In this document: positions 39,115 to 50,998 of the stretch, one piece after another
Layout of the letters: every line of letters starts with the position of its first letter
How positions within the stretch are numbered: the stretch's first letter is position 1
From: Macrostomum hystrix
Taxonomy: Eukaryota; Animalia; Platyhelminthes
DNA length: 64,000 bases
NCBI GenBank assembly: GCA_950097015.1
Contig: CATNEN010000034.1
Coordinates: 5,518,001-5,582,000 of the forward strand
Reading direction: 5' to 3'
The notes under the pieces: model-generated
What the model was told of the DNA's origin: nothing
The model's database searches: none
The model's input: the letters and a program-made list of their open reading frames with translations, nothing else
Translations under genes and position numbers: made by a program

Positions 39115-40962
39115 ATGATCGACTGTCGGCTATTTGGCCTTCTTATTCTCTGCCTCGGGCAACTCGGAGTTAACGCAACATCGGTACACGAGGTCGCGAT
39201 CTCAGTGCGAAGCGTGAAGTCCATTGTCTATAGAGGCATGCAGATCTCAATCTTTGAGCACGTTCAGACACCGAAGCGATACTTCTTCCAGCCGTTGGGA
39301 TTCCTCGACTCTGCATCCGCGCGTCTGGCTGAGAATCCCAATTTCAGCAGAACGGAGCTGCACATCGATGTCTACCTGTGGACGGACGAGTTCATCCAGC
39401 TTGTCGAGAGCCACTTTGCAAATCATAAGTCTGTAGAGCTGCTGCCCCTGACTGAGCTCAGCCTGGCGTGGTCAGATCGCGCATCCAGATGGCTAGGTGT
39501 GAACTTCAATCGAACGTACGAACTGCTCGACGATTGGAAGGACGGAGACAAGCCTCACATGAGGAGCACATTCACAATTTTCTGTAAAAGACGGGACGCG
39601 TGCGAGCAGCTGCTTATGAAATTTAATAGTAGTGATGAAGCCATCCACAACCTGTTTGACCTGAGGTACAAGATCCAGTGCGACAATTCGCGCAATTTCT
39701 CTCTGACCGTCCGCAGCTCCCATTTCCTGCAGTCGTCCGTCTTCCAATACCTAGACCGGTTCGCATCTCAGCGCTCGGGTGAGAGGCAGGTGATCGTCTC
39801 CGAGCAGACGGTGGACGAGCTGGCTGACCAGGTGTACACAGCCGCGCTGGTTGAGCTGCAACACGTAGTGAAGCAGCAGTTCACCTACGTTGACAGCGAA
39901 TCACGCAGAGCTATCTTGGCCGATCTGCACCGAAACTTGCGCTCCAGTCCGATGCACTCGCTGAGCGACTTCCAGTGGCGAAACTATGTCGCCTGGCCGG
40001 CTGACCGGCTAGACATGCGCCCGGACAAGCTGGCGCACATGTTTAATGCTCTTTTTAGCGCCTCCGAGCGGCCGCTGTTTGTGCAGCTGACGAGCGCCGA
40101 TCGAATGCATGAAGTCCGCGAGACGCTGCCGGCCACCGAGTTTGCCAAAATCGACACCTTTGTTCGCCGCTACACTCCGCGGAGACCAACTGACACGGTG
40201 CCTATCCCGGTGGCCGAAGTGCGAGACCTATCGCTGGCCTTGTTCAGCCCTGTAGCCTGGAACGCATCCGCCAAAAGGTTTATTCCGTCGCCGAATAGCG
40301 TCATGTTCCGCATCAATATTGAGCGCATCAAGAGCGAAGGCACTCTGTTGATTCGCGACGCTCTCGTCTTCTACAAGGAGACCGCCCACCGCGACCAGGT
40401 GACCCCGTTGGATCGCTTTGACGGCAGCGTCGAGACAGCCTGGCGTACGCAAGCCGACCAGCTAGATGCCAAGCTGCAGCAGCTGCAGCAGAAAGTTAAC
40501 CTGCTGGAAACCAGCTTGAGTCGAGTTGCCGGCGAGCTCGATAGCTGGACATCTATCTACGCTCCCAACAATCGTGGCCGCGGCGGTGTTAACGTCCGCA
40601 GCGGCGACCTGCCGCCTCTTGAGTACTACCCGCCGCCGGAACCGGGAGCAGCCTCGAAGGACCTCTCCGACCTGCAACGCTCCCTAGCCGCGCTGGAGGC
40701 CCGCGTGGCCGGCCTGGCCGTCAACCGGTCCCGGCAGTACCAGCCGCGGTTCGCCGACTCATTCTGCGTCCTGGCCAACCGGGAGAATCCACCTGGCATG
40801 TCCTGTCAGATACTGTCGATGATCATACCGAAGAAGTCGCTGCGGCACAGTCCAATATTTGACAGGCGAGTGCGCTACCAGGAGGGCAGTATCGGGCAGA
40901 GCCACCTGTCCAGTCTGAACTCAGACTTTGTGAGCTTCAGCTTGAAGATCTGCTGCACTTGA
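39115..40962 (+). CDS. Intronless secreted protein of unknown family, paralog B (615 aa, extra coiled-coil segment)
   Basis: Long ORF with a signal peptide MIDCRLFGLLILCLGQLGVNA|T. It is a clear paralog of 34761-36305 and shares the C-terminal F..SFC.LANR..PPG...KICCT module. Confidence 0.9.
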   Translation: MIDCRLFGLLILCLGQLGVNATSVHEVAISVRSVKSIVYRGMQISIFEHVQTPKRYFFQPLGFLDSASARLAENPNFSRTELHIDVYLWTDEFIQLVESHFANHKSVELLPLTELSLAWSDRASRWLGVNFNRTYELLDDWKDGDKPHMRSTFTIFCKRRDACEQLLMKFNSSDEAIHNLFDLRYKIQCDNSRNFSLTVRSSHFLQSSVFQYLDRFASQRSGERQVIVSEQTVDELADQVYTAALVELQHVVKQQFTYVDSESRRAILADLHRNLRSSPMHSLSDFQWRNYVAWPADRLDMRPDKLAHMFNALFSASERPLFVQLTSADRMHEVRETLPATEFAKIDTFVRRYTPRRPTDTVPIPVAEVRDLSLALFSPVAWNASAKRFIPSPNSVMFRINIERIKSEGTLLIRDALVFYKETAHRDQVTPLDRFDGSVETAWRTQADQLDAKLQQLQQKVNLLETSLSRVAGELDSWTSIYAPNNRGRGGVNVRSGDLPPLEYYPPPEPGAASKDLSDLQRSLAALEARVAGLAVNRSRQYQPRFADSFCVLANRENPPGMSCQILSMIIPKKSLRHSPIFDRRVRYQEGSIGQSHLSSLNSDFVSFSLKICCT

Positions 40963-42783
40963 ATAGTTGGTTAACAAGACCTATGATAAAGAAGGCAAAA
41001 AACCACTAACAAATCTTTATGCACCCACTGAGCGACTTAAAGTTGCATTCGTTTTTACCTTTTTTCTTTTGCTTGCCTAATAACCAAGGCTCTCATTTGA
41101 CGGCCTACCTTAGATACTCCAGCTCTCCTAAACTGCCCTAAAAGCCAGCTGAAACTGATGCTTCTACAGTCGAACTTTTCAAAAACTTTTCTAACGCTCG
41201 ATCATGTTGGCTGGCTAAAAATACACTGTGTGCTTTGTGTTTTCGCAGTAACAACACTCAGCTTATTAAATCAGTTGATAACTAATCAATCATTTTTCCT
41301 TTTGAAAAAAACCGAATATAAATAAAGGAAAAAATTACACCAGTTAAATCAAATTGCATTTTTAAAGGCTGTGTACAGCTGCCCAGTCAGAGGACTGGGG
41401 AGGAATGTCTACCCCAGCCAACGAACTGAAGGTGGAACTAAAAGCAATGGTGAAATTTTGCTGGTAATATCTGCTCAAAGAACAAACTGTTTCCCCTAGT
41501 CTAAGTCTACCAACCCATTGGTTAGAAGGCCGGAGCTGTAACCGTTGGGTAACTCTTTTTAGTAGTAATTCTAGTACTGTGCTGGTCTAGGTAGTAAGGA
41601 TAGTTATTGTGGAAAAAGCAGCATCCTTTTACTTTTAGTAGTATCGAGCTGGACATGCAATATAATCTTTATCTCTAGTTTTATTTCTCTGCTTCACCCA
41701 TCCTGCATTTGTCCATTTGATTTGGCTGAATTAGGGCCGACTTGCTGTCAAGCAAAATCAAAAGACATCCGGGGATTCAGGTTGTAGACTCGACCAAATT
41801 GACTTAACTGACTGAACTGAGTTCTAGTTCTTGATTTGTTTATCTCGCTCAACTGACCAAGCGCTGGATCACAGGAGCTCCAGATTTCGGGATTCATCTT
41901 CCTGACACGGAGGGGTTCGTGATGCTGAAGTGCAGCGCACACTGCTAGGCCACGACATTTACACAATTTACACATTTACACAATGCTCGCCATCGAGGCA
42001 GGAATTCATCTGGCATGGAAGCAAAGAGAGCAGCGATCGAGCGTTTACGACGAGGTACTAAGCTCGTAGTACAGAGAAGGGACAATGAGGAAGGGAAGAT
42101 TCGTCGGAAGAAAACCAGCGAGGAACTGGAAAGGGGAAAATGCAAACGGGGGTTGTGGCGAGGCTCTTAAAGTACAAAAACATCTAAGCTGCTGCCGTGC
42201 CATATGCTACAAATAGCGCCTGATCTGGCATAGTCTATTCTCCTGGGTTGACAGCCCTGTTAGCTTCATTTGCCGAATTTTTGGCTTGTCAAAGTATTCA
42301 ACAAGCTGAGATAAACAAAATTCAAAAAGGGGAGCAGGAAATTTGGCTCAGATCAAGAAAGATAAACGGAAATGGCCAAGAGTTGAGTACACAGAGACAG
42401 GTAGATACGAGGGAGTGAAGATAAGCATTGATAAGCATCTGGTCGAATAATTGATGAGATCTGAACTGACAGTCCTCAAAAAGCGGTCTTAGTTGAGCCG
42501 TACGCTTCCTCCAGCAGAGCACTCAGGAAGTTGGCAAAGCTAAACGATTACCTATTATATTTTGATCGCTCTTATCACAACTTCGAAAACTATCTGTCAG
42601 GAGTGGTTTCGGGAGGTAGTGGGTAGAAATTAGGCAGGTTATGACAGCCCCCGAAGTCAACGGACTGAACAACTGTACAGGGCCGGATCTGCTGGTTCCC
42701 TGGTAGGACCGGTCAGAGCAGTCCTCTCGGGACATGACTGTCCGGTTTCAACCAAGGCAAGGCTCAAGTATCTCGGACCAAAA

Positions 42784-43150
42784 GGGGGTCGGTGGCAGAG
42801 CGGTTATCGCGTTTGCCTCTCGCACCACGGTCCCTAAGTTCGATTCCACGGCGAGGCCACATTTATTTGGGGCGCAGCCGCGGAGAGAAGGCTTGGGGGC
42901 TTGTCGTGCAATTTACGCCCTCGAGGGCCAACCTCCAAGGCACAGTGAAATGTACACTGCCTGACGATGAGAAAGTCAGGGCAGATGTACACACCTGTGT
43001 GAGCGTATGCCTGCGTAGAGTATCTGTGTGCGTGTGTGCTCAGGAGTCAGCGAAATGGGCAGAATTGCCTCCTCGCTGGCTGCGGGTCTAGTGTCACTAA
43101 ATGATGTGCCATTACCCGCAGCCCTCCTGCAATTATTATTATTATTATTA
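42784..43150 (+). mobile_element. Full-length tRNA-derived SINE (family 1) with (ATT)n tail and 14-bp TSD
   Basis: A box ggtggcagagcggtta, B box gttcgattcc and an (att)n tail. The TSD tatctcggaccaaa is at 42769-42782 and 43149-43162. Confidence 0.92.
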
Positions 43151-44149
43151 TCTCGGACCAAACGCGGACCTTTCCGACGTTTACAGACCCGAGAACATCC
43201 ATCTGCCAGCCCGGTATCTGAGGGACACCGGGCGCGCGAATTTCTTCCCCACCGACGGTGAGGAGGATCCTGCTGCGGGCGAGATCGTCGGATCCCATTG
43301 AGTCGCACTGCCTCGCTGGTGCAGACGCACCCTGCAGCTAAGTCAAATTATTCAAGAACGGCTGTACACCGCTTTTATGAGAGCTGTGGCCCAGATTGTA
43401 CATCTGGCCAACTGGACTAAGGTACCTTTAAGATCAAACGCTGACGCTGTGTTAGCTTGACAGCGTAAACATTGTTGTTGTAACTTATAAAATAAAATTA
43501 ATTTCATGCGAACTGAGAATTTTGACATTTTAAGGTTAAGCTGTCCTTCGCTGCAGCCGTAGGTATGTTACACTAAAAAATCTGTCTAAAAGCAGCCTCC
43601 ATCCGGCCAATCCCACATTTCCAGCCTAAATATGTTCTTTCCATTTTTAGCAGCTGTAAAGTATTTTAGATGAAGAACTTCACTGCCAAGCGTTGCTGGG
43701 ATGAGCAGAGAAAGCGATGTCGTTAATGGGAAAATTTTCCCAATTATTGACTTTTCCGCCTGGTTCTTTGTCGGGGGGGTGAGGGGGAGGTGGGGTTTAA
43801 ATCTGGGCCGGCTAAAGTATTTTTCATCTCGCTTTGACACTTCCCCGCTTTCATTGCAGCTTCTATGGGATTAATTGATACGGCTGTTAATGCAGGGCCA
43901 GTTAGTCCGGGCTCTGCTGCAGCAAGGAAATTGCAGCGAGGTTCGCGAGAACTCATTAACCAAGACAATGCCCCGGTGGGTCAGCGAAAGTGCTAATTAT
44001 AGAATTCTGCTTGCTAGATGAATAAGTCGATCTTGAATATATCCGCCACTACGCGAGTAACAAGACGAACACTGTCCTCCGTTACGGAAAATAAAAGAGA
44101 AGCATAATAACTATTGTTTCATAGAGCTATCTGACAACCCCGATCTGGG

Positions 44150-45216
44150 ATGACATCCTAGATTTCAATCCAAGGTGGGGTGGCGTCCCATCCATTAATC
44201 CACGGTGTCAAAGCGTCCAATCCTTCAATCCAAGGTGATGTGGCGTCCTATCCATTAATCCACGGTGCCAAAGCATCTCATCATTCAATCCAAGGTGATG
44301 TGGCGTCCCATCCATCAATCCAAGGTGTCAAAGCGTCCCATCCATTAATCCACGGCGTCATAGCGTCCAATCCTTCAACCCAAGGTGGGGTGGCGCCTCA
44401 CCCTTCACCCCAAGGTGGGGTGGCGTCAAAGCGTCTCATCCTTCAATCCACGGTGTCAAAGCATCCCATCCTTCAATCCACGGTGTCCAAGCATCTCATC
44501 CTTCAATCCAAGGTGGGGTGGCATCCCATCCTTCAATCCACGGTGTCAAAGTGTCCTATCCATTAATCCACGGTGTCAAGGAATCTCATCCTTCAATCCA
44601 AGGTGGGGTGGCATCCCATCCTTCAATCCACGGTGTCAAAGTGTCCTATCCATTAATCCACGGTGTCAAGGAATCCCATCCTTTAATCCAAGGTGGGGTG
44701 GCGTCCCATCCTTCAATCCAAGGTGTTAAAGCGTCCCATCCTTCAATCCACGGTGTCAAAGTGTCCCATCCTTCAATCCACGGTGTCGAAGTGTCCGATC
44801 CTTCAATCCACGGTGATGTGGCGTCCCATCCTTCAACCCAAGGTGGGGTGGCGTCTCACCCTTCACCCCAAGGTGGGGTGGCGTCTCATCCGTCAATCCA
44901 GGGTTAGGGTGGCGTCCCATCCTTCAACCCAAGGTGGGGTGGCGTCTCATCCTTCACCCCAAGGTGGGGTGGCGTCCCATCCTTCAATCCAAGTTGGGGT
45001 GGTGTCTCATCCTTCACCCCAGGATGGGGTGGCGTCCCATCCTTCAATCCAAGGTGTCAAAGCGTCCCATCCTTCAATCCAAGGTGTCAAAGCCTCCCAT
45101 TCTTCAATCCAAGATGGGGTTGCGTCTCATCCTTCACCCCAAGGTGGGGTGGTGTCCCATCCTTCAATCCAGGGTTAGGGTGGCGTCTTAAGGTGTCAAA
45201 GTGTCCCATGCTTCAA
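44150..45216. repeat. 30-bp minisatellite (~35 copies, two alternating variants)
   Basis: Units ccttcaatccaaggtggggtggcgtcccat and ccttcaatccacggtgtcaaagtgtcccat; occasional 31-bp units shift the frame. Confidence 0.95.
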
Positions 45217-45817
45217 TCAAAACCAAAGGCAGGTAAACTCTTTACTTTTCAGGATTTTGGTGTGACTCAGGAGCTCATAGGTTTTCGCTTGCACCTAGAG
45301 GCTAGGATTAAAAATAAATTTAGCTAATTTTTTCAGCAATCACTTTTGGCGGTATCCAGTGCTTTCTCTGTAATGAGGAAGCAGAACAGAACTGGGAAGT
45401 TGTTTTTTGGGCGTGGAAAATAAACCTGGTTGCCATGCTGTCAGTTGAGCCCAAGCGTCGTGTTGCTTCTAGGCAAGCAAACTTCAGAGCCAGAATTTCC
45501 TGGAAGCGCACAGCAGGCGAACCGCCTACAATTTTTTACCCTAAAATTGGAAATAAAAAAATGTGGAACACCCACGCGCCCGCCCATTGTAAGGTTTGCT
45601 TCCATCGAAATCAGAGAATAAAAAAACTGAATGCGTCGCTTTCAGGTGCGCTAAGTCACGTCTGAACTCTACTTTGTTGTGGCACACCGTTCTCGCTTTA
45701 TTTTAGCGTTCTTTTTAGTCGCACGAAAACTCTGAACAAATAGTTGACATTATCGCGTTGAGGTCAAGCCACGGGGTCCCTTGTGTTTGCGCCAGTTATG
45801 CCATTGCATGGCGCTGA

Positions 45818-46101
45818 TCAGCCGAGGAAGCCGGGCGAACCTCGTGACGGTGCCGGCTGCTGCAGCCGGTCGAGGTCGGACTCCAGAGGCTGGCCAAACA
45901 TGTCCGCTGCCGAGAACCGCTTGGCCACCTGTCGAGCAGCGTGGAGACGACGCAGCACCTCGGCCAGGGTGCTCGCTTCTTGATCGTCCACATCCATATC
46001 GGGGGCTTCGGAGAAGTCGACCGCCGGGCGAGCCGGTTTAGCTTGCGTCGAGTGCGCCAGAGATGCTAGGAGCACAGCCGCGACTGGAATACGATTCGGA
46101 G
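45818..46101 (-). CDS. Possible exon of a small secreted or peptide-precursor gene
   Basis: GC-rich island with the open frame ..PNRIPVAAVLLASLAHSTQAKPARP...ARQVAKRFSAADMFG...RGSPGFLG*. It has a hydrophobic stretch, a dibasic KR and a terminal Gly. There is no in-frame ATG and the upstream exon is uncertain. Confidence 0.35.
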
Positions 46102-46201
46102 CTAGCTAACTTGGATTATTGTTGCGGCTGTGTTCTATTTGTCACGTCGGAGATCCTACTTGATGGATCCATTTAGAGCTCATTTTGTAAATCGATTTTT
46201 T

Positions 46202-46890
46202 AGTTTGATTTGGTAGATTGGGTACCGATTTGTTAGATTAAGTACTGATTTGGTAGATTGGGTACTGATTGGGTAGATTGGGTACTGATTGGGTAGATTG
46301 GGTACTGATTGGGTAGATTGGGTACTGATTTGGTAGATTGAGTACTGATTTAGTAGATTGAGTACTGATTTGGTAGATTGGGTACTGATTTGTTAGATTA
46401 AGTACTGATTTGGTAGATTGGGTACTGATTTGTTAGATTAAGTACTGATTGGGTAGATTGGGTACCGATTTGGTAGATTGGGTACCGATTTGGTAGATTG
46501 GGTACTGATTTAGTAGATTGAGCACTGATTTGGTAGATTGGGTACTGATTTGTTAGGTTGAGTACTGATTTGTTAGGTTGAGTACTGATTTGTTAGGTTG
46601 AGTACTGATTTGGTAGGTTGAGTACTGATTTGGTAGGTTGAGTACTGATTTGGTAGGTTGAGTACTGATTTGGTAGGTTGAGTACTGATTTGGTAGGTTG
46701 AGTACTGATTTGGTAGGTTGAGTACTGATCTGATTTGGTAGGTTGAGTACTGATTTGGTAGGTTGAGTACTGATCTGGTAGGTTGAGTACTGATTTGGTA
46801 GGTTGAGTACTGATCTGGTAGGTTGAGTACTGATTTGGTAGATTGGGTACTGATTTGGTAGGTTGAGTACCGATTGGGTAGATCGGGCAC
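46202..46890. repeat. 20-bp minisatellite array 1
   Basis: Unit gtactgatttggtagattgg or gtactgatttggtaggttga. Confidence 0.96.
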
Positions 46891-48488
46891 TGATTTAGAC
46901 GCTGGCCATGGTGCCTGGAGTCATGTAATTTTTACCTGCCGCAGCCAGCTCTGAGCAATTTCGGGTCAACCAGGTGATCTGGTTGCAGTAGATTTTATTG
47001 CTTTTTAGAGAATTGGGTCTCATTACAACCACCTGGTCCAATAGCTGCTTAATCTTCCCTTGATATCACGTTTCTACTCTCTATTGAATTTCACTTTCCA
47101 CTTACGAACTGATTATCATCGGTAGGCATGAGAGCCAGAATGTTGATTTGCGTCTCTGATTCGCGCAGTCTAACTGGTAAAGCTGATGAACTCGATGAAT
47201 CAATCGTATTTTTTAGCTACCAAAAATGCAATGGAGTCCGTCGCTTAATCTTGTGCTTTATTATGCACGTTCAGTTATGAGTGCCACGAGTAGGTGAGTT
47301 AGATATAGATGGAGATTGTAGATGAAGATGCAATTATGAAAAATCAAACTTGTCTTAGGGAAAGCTGAATATGCTTCTCTTTGACGCTAGTTCATTAACC
47401 TCTTAAGTTAATGTTCTAATTTAAAAAAATCATACCTACCCTATTTGAGCCAGATGTGCCCAGCTGCAGCAATTGAGCGATGCTTACGGCTTAAAGGCTG
47501 CGTACGGCTGTTTAGTCCATGGACTAGGGGGGAGGCGAAGACCAGCCTAAACAGGAGGACAACCAAGCCATTTTGCCGCCCGTTTTTATACTAAGAGGGT
47601 GGGAAATTCCCCTGAAGGCGCTGAAAATTTCATTGGCAGCACCTGAATGCTAACAGCGCTGGCTGGGGTTGACAGACTAGACGATGGTGTCCTGTGGTTG
47701 AGCTGCACCTAGTATTTATGTTTCAGCAGTGAAATTGGAGTGTCCATAGTGGCCTATTTTCAAATCTTGTAGCCCTTAAAGTTCCAGCAAATCCGTCAAG
47801 ATAAATGTAGGTGACCACCGAAGACGGAGATGATGCAGGCACATTCGGGTGACATGCTGATAAATTTTGAAGGCCTGGCAAGGCCGCACTAAGGCGCAGT
47901 GCTAATTTGTGTATAGGGGTGAATGAAATACACTAGCTCTTATGGGAAAAAATGACTTTCGGCCAGAAACATTGAATATCTCGACGGTTTGAAGAGCTGG
48001 CGACTTGATTATTTTTTAGAAGTTGCGCAACAAAAAGTTGGCCCGTGTTCTTGAGTTTCGTGTGCTTGCGTTGCTCCGTTCGGGTGCAGCACAAAAATTG
48101 TCAGGGGGGATTTTTCAGGGGGAGGGAAATTCCCCCCCTGTCTGGTAGTTCTACTGTTAGTTACCTCAGCCTATGCTGGTACCGACTTAACAAGTGTCTT
48201 TAGCATAGTCTCTTGCTAAAGGACTCAAACTGGAGTCGCGAATCGAACCCCGAACTCCAAGTCGTGAGTCTTACGCTCTATCCACTAGGCTAAAGCTCCC
48301 TTGCAATTATTGTTATAAAATCGCAGGCATTCATGTTTGTGGCACGCGTGGAGATCGCATGCCTGCTTTCAAATGCACTTTTAGCACTGAGGCGACGTGG
48401 TTGAATTATTAATTTGGAGAGATGAAGGTATATTGCGTGAGGCTCTGCTTGAAATTTATTGAATTTCCTATATACGTAAGGCCTATAT

Positions 48489-48524
48489 TTAGGGTTAGTT
48501 AGGGTTAGGGTAAGGGTTAGGGTT
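48489..48524 (+). repeat. Short interstitial TTAGGG-like tract
   Basis: ttagggttagttagggttagggtaagggttagggtt. Confidence 0.7.
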
Positions 48525-49451
48525 GAGTGTTGTTGCCAAATTTAAGGATGTTTGGTTTTGATGGGATTAAATTGGCAGAGCGAATTTCCCATCGTCTTTC
48601 CTTCCTCCTGCCTCCCCGAAACGGTTACAGCTGTCATTATTCAGCTTGCTACGGCTGAACATAAGCCGGTCGTTTTCAAATTGAGTGTTTGAATTTCGAT
48701 CCGATCTGGTAATGCGATACAATATCATGAATTAATTTTCTAATCTAAAGAGCATCTCGAATGCTAATTAAATGCAGATCGGGTTTATTTAAAAAGTTCG
48801 ACCTCGAATTAAACAGACCAAGTCAGTTCTAAAGTGCTCCTCTAAAGAATTAAAAACTTTCTCTAGACTTACAAAAATCGACTAGTTTAATAATGAATGT
48901 TGTAACTGACGTTTTCGACTGTCAATCTGACAAAGGAAGGCTGGGCAAGCGAAGGTGAGGCAGATTGGCGTGCAAGTATTCCCGAGTCCATCACTGCCCT
49001 ATCGGGACAGTTTTTCCACTGTCTGGCTGGAGTCAATTGTGTTAGGAAAACTGTAGAGAAAATTGAGCACTGATTCACATGCAGACAGCGCTCGTACAAA
49101 GGACTCACAGAGTGAAAGCTAGTGAGGCTGAATAGATGAATTGAAGTACTTTTATAATGCGATTTCTCGGCTCTCTGGGAACCTGTCTAATTCCCAAAAA
49201 CTATGGCTTCAAATGAAGTATTGATATTCATTTAATAGAAACAGAAAATTATATTTATAGAAATTGCACTTGGCTCACTTGGGCCAGTTGTACAGCCAGT
49301 GGCAAAGCTACAGTCTTACGCGGCGCTTTCAAAGCCTGTGTACAGTTGTCTAGTCCATAGACTGGGGAAATTAAGTAACTGGTTCAAGGACACAGATAGC
49401 TTCAGAAGTCTCTCGAGCTCTAGTAGATTAGCTAATTAAATAGTTTTAGGG

Positions 49452-50998
49452 ATATAGGTACTGATCTGGTAGATTGGGTACTGATTTGGTAGATTGGGTA
49501 CTGATCTGGTAGATTGGGTACTGATTTGGTAGATTGGGTACTGATCTGGTAGATTGGGTACTGATTTGGTAGATTGGGTACTGATTTGGTAGATTGGGTA
49601 CTGATCTGGTAGATTGGGTACTGATCTGGTAGATTGGGTACTGATTTGGTAGATTGGGTACTGATCTGGTAGATTGGGTACTGATTTGGTAGATTGGGTA
49701 CTGATCTGGTAGATTGGGTACTGATTTGGTAGATTGGGTACTGATCTGGTAGATTGGGTACTGATTTGGTAGAATTGGGTACTGATCTGGTAGATTGGGT
49801 ACTGATTTGGTAGATTGGGTACTGATCTGGTAGATTGGGTACTGGATTTGGTAGATTGGGTACTGATCTGGTAGATTGGGTACTGATTTGGTAGATTGGG
49901 TACTGATCTGGGTAGATTGGGTACTGATTTGGTAGATTGGGTACTGATCTGGTAGATTGGGTACTGATTTGGTAGATTGGGTACTGGTAATTGGGTAAGA
50001 TCATGGTAGATTGGGTACTGATCTGGTAGATTGGGTTGATCTGGTAGATTGGTACTGATTGGTAGATTGGTACTGATCTGGTAGATTGGGTACTGATCTG
50101 GTAGATTGGGTACTGATTTGGTAGATTGGGTACTGATCTGGTAGATTGGGTACTGATTTGGTAGATTGGGTACTGATCTGGTAGATTGGGTACTGATTTG
50201 GTAGATTGGGTACTGATCTGGTAGATTGGGTACTGATTTGGTAGATTGGGTACTGATTTGGTAGATTGGGTACTGATCTGGTAGATTGGGTACTGATTTG
50301 GTAGATTGGGTACTGATCTGGTAGATTGGGTACTGATCTGGTAGATTGGGTACTGATTTGGTAGATTGGGTACTGATCTGGTAGATTGGGTACTGATTTG
50401 GTAGATTGGGTACTGATCTGGTAGATTGGGTACTGATTTGGTAGATTGGGTACTGATCTGGTAGATTGGGTACTGATTTGGTAGATTGGGTACTGATTTG
50501 GTAGATTGGGTACTGATTTGGTAGATTGGGTACCGATTTGGTAGATTGGGTACCGATTTGGTAGATTGGGTACCGATTTGGTAGATTGGGTACCGATTTG
50601 GTAGATTGGGTACCAATTTGGTAGATTGGGTACTGATTTGGTAGATTGGGTACTGATTTGGTAGATTGGGTACCGATTTGGTAGATTGGGTACCGATTTG
50701 GTAGATTGGGTACCGATTTGGTAGATTGGGTACTGATTTGGTAGATTGGGTACTGATTTGGTAGATTGGGTACTGATTTGGTAGATTGGGTACTGATTTG
50801 GTAGATTGAGTACTGATTTGGTAGATTGGGTATCTATTTGGTAGATTGGGTACCTATTTGGTAGATTGGGTACCTATTTGGTAGATTGGGTTGGGTTTGG
50901 TAGATTCGATACCGATTTGGTAGATTGGGTACCTATTTGGCAGATTGGCTGGGTTTGGTAGATTAGGTTGGTAGATTGGGTACTGATTTGGTAGATTA
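49452..50998. repeat. 20-bp minisatellite array 2 (same family and orientation as 46202-46890)
   Basis: Unit gtactgat(c/t)tggtagattgg, ~77 copies. Confidence 0.97.

Noticed and set aside
44180-45191. Repetitive ORFs (SHPSIQGGVA)n
   Set aside because: They come from a 30-bp repeat; frames switch at 31-bp units and there is no splice or start context.
47601-48140. GGGAAATTCCC NF-kB-like palindromes
   Set aside because: They are far from the secreted genes and sit in G/C-run, repeat-like context.
46573-50616. PNLPNQYPIYQISTQSTKS-type ORFs
   Set aside because: Antisense translation of the 20-bp satellite arrays.
6214-50998. Repeat arrays as CRISPR loci
   Set aside because: Units are head-to-tail with no unique spacers, there are no cas genes, and the context is eukaryotic.
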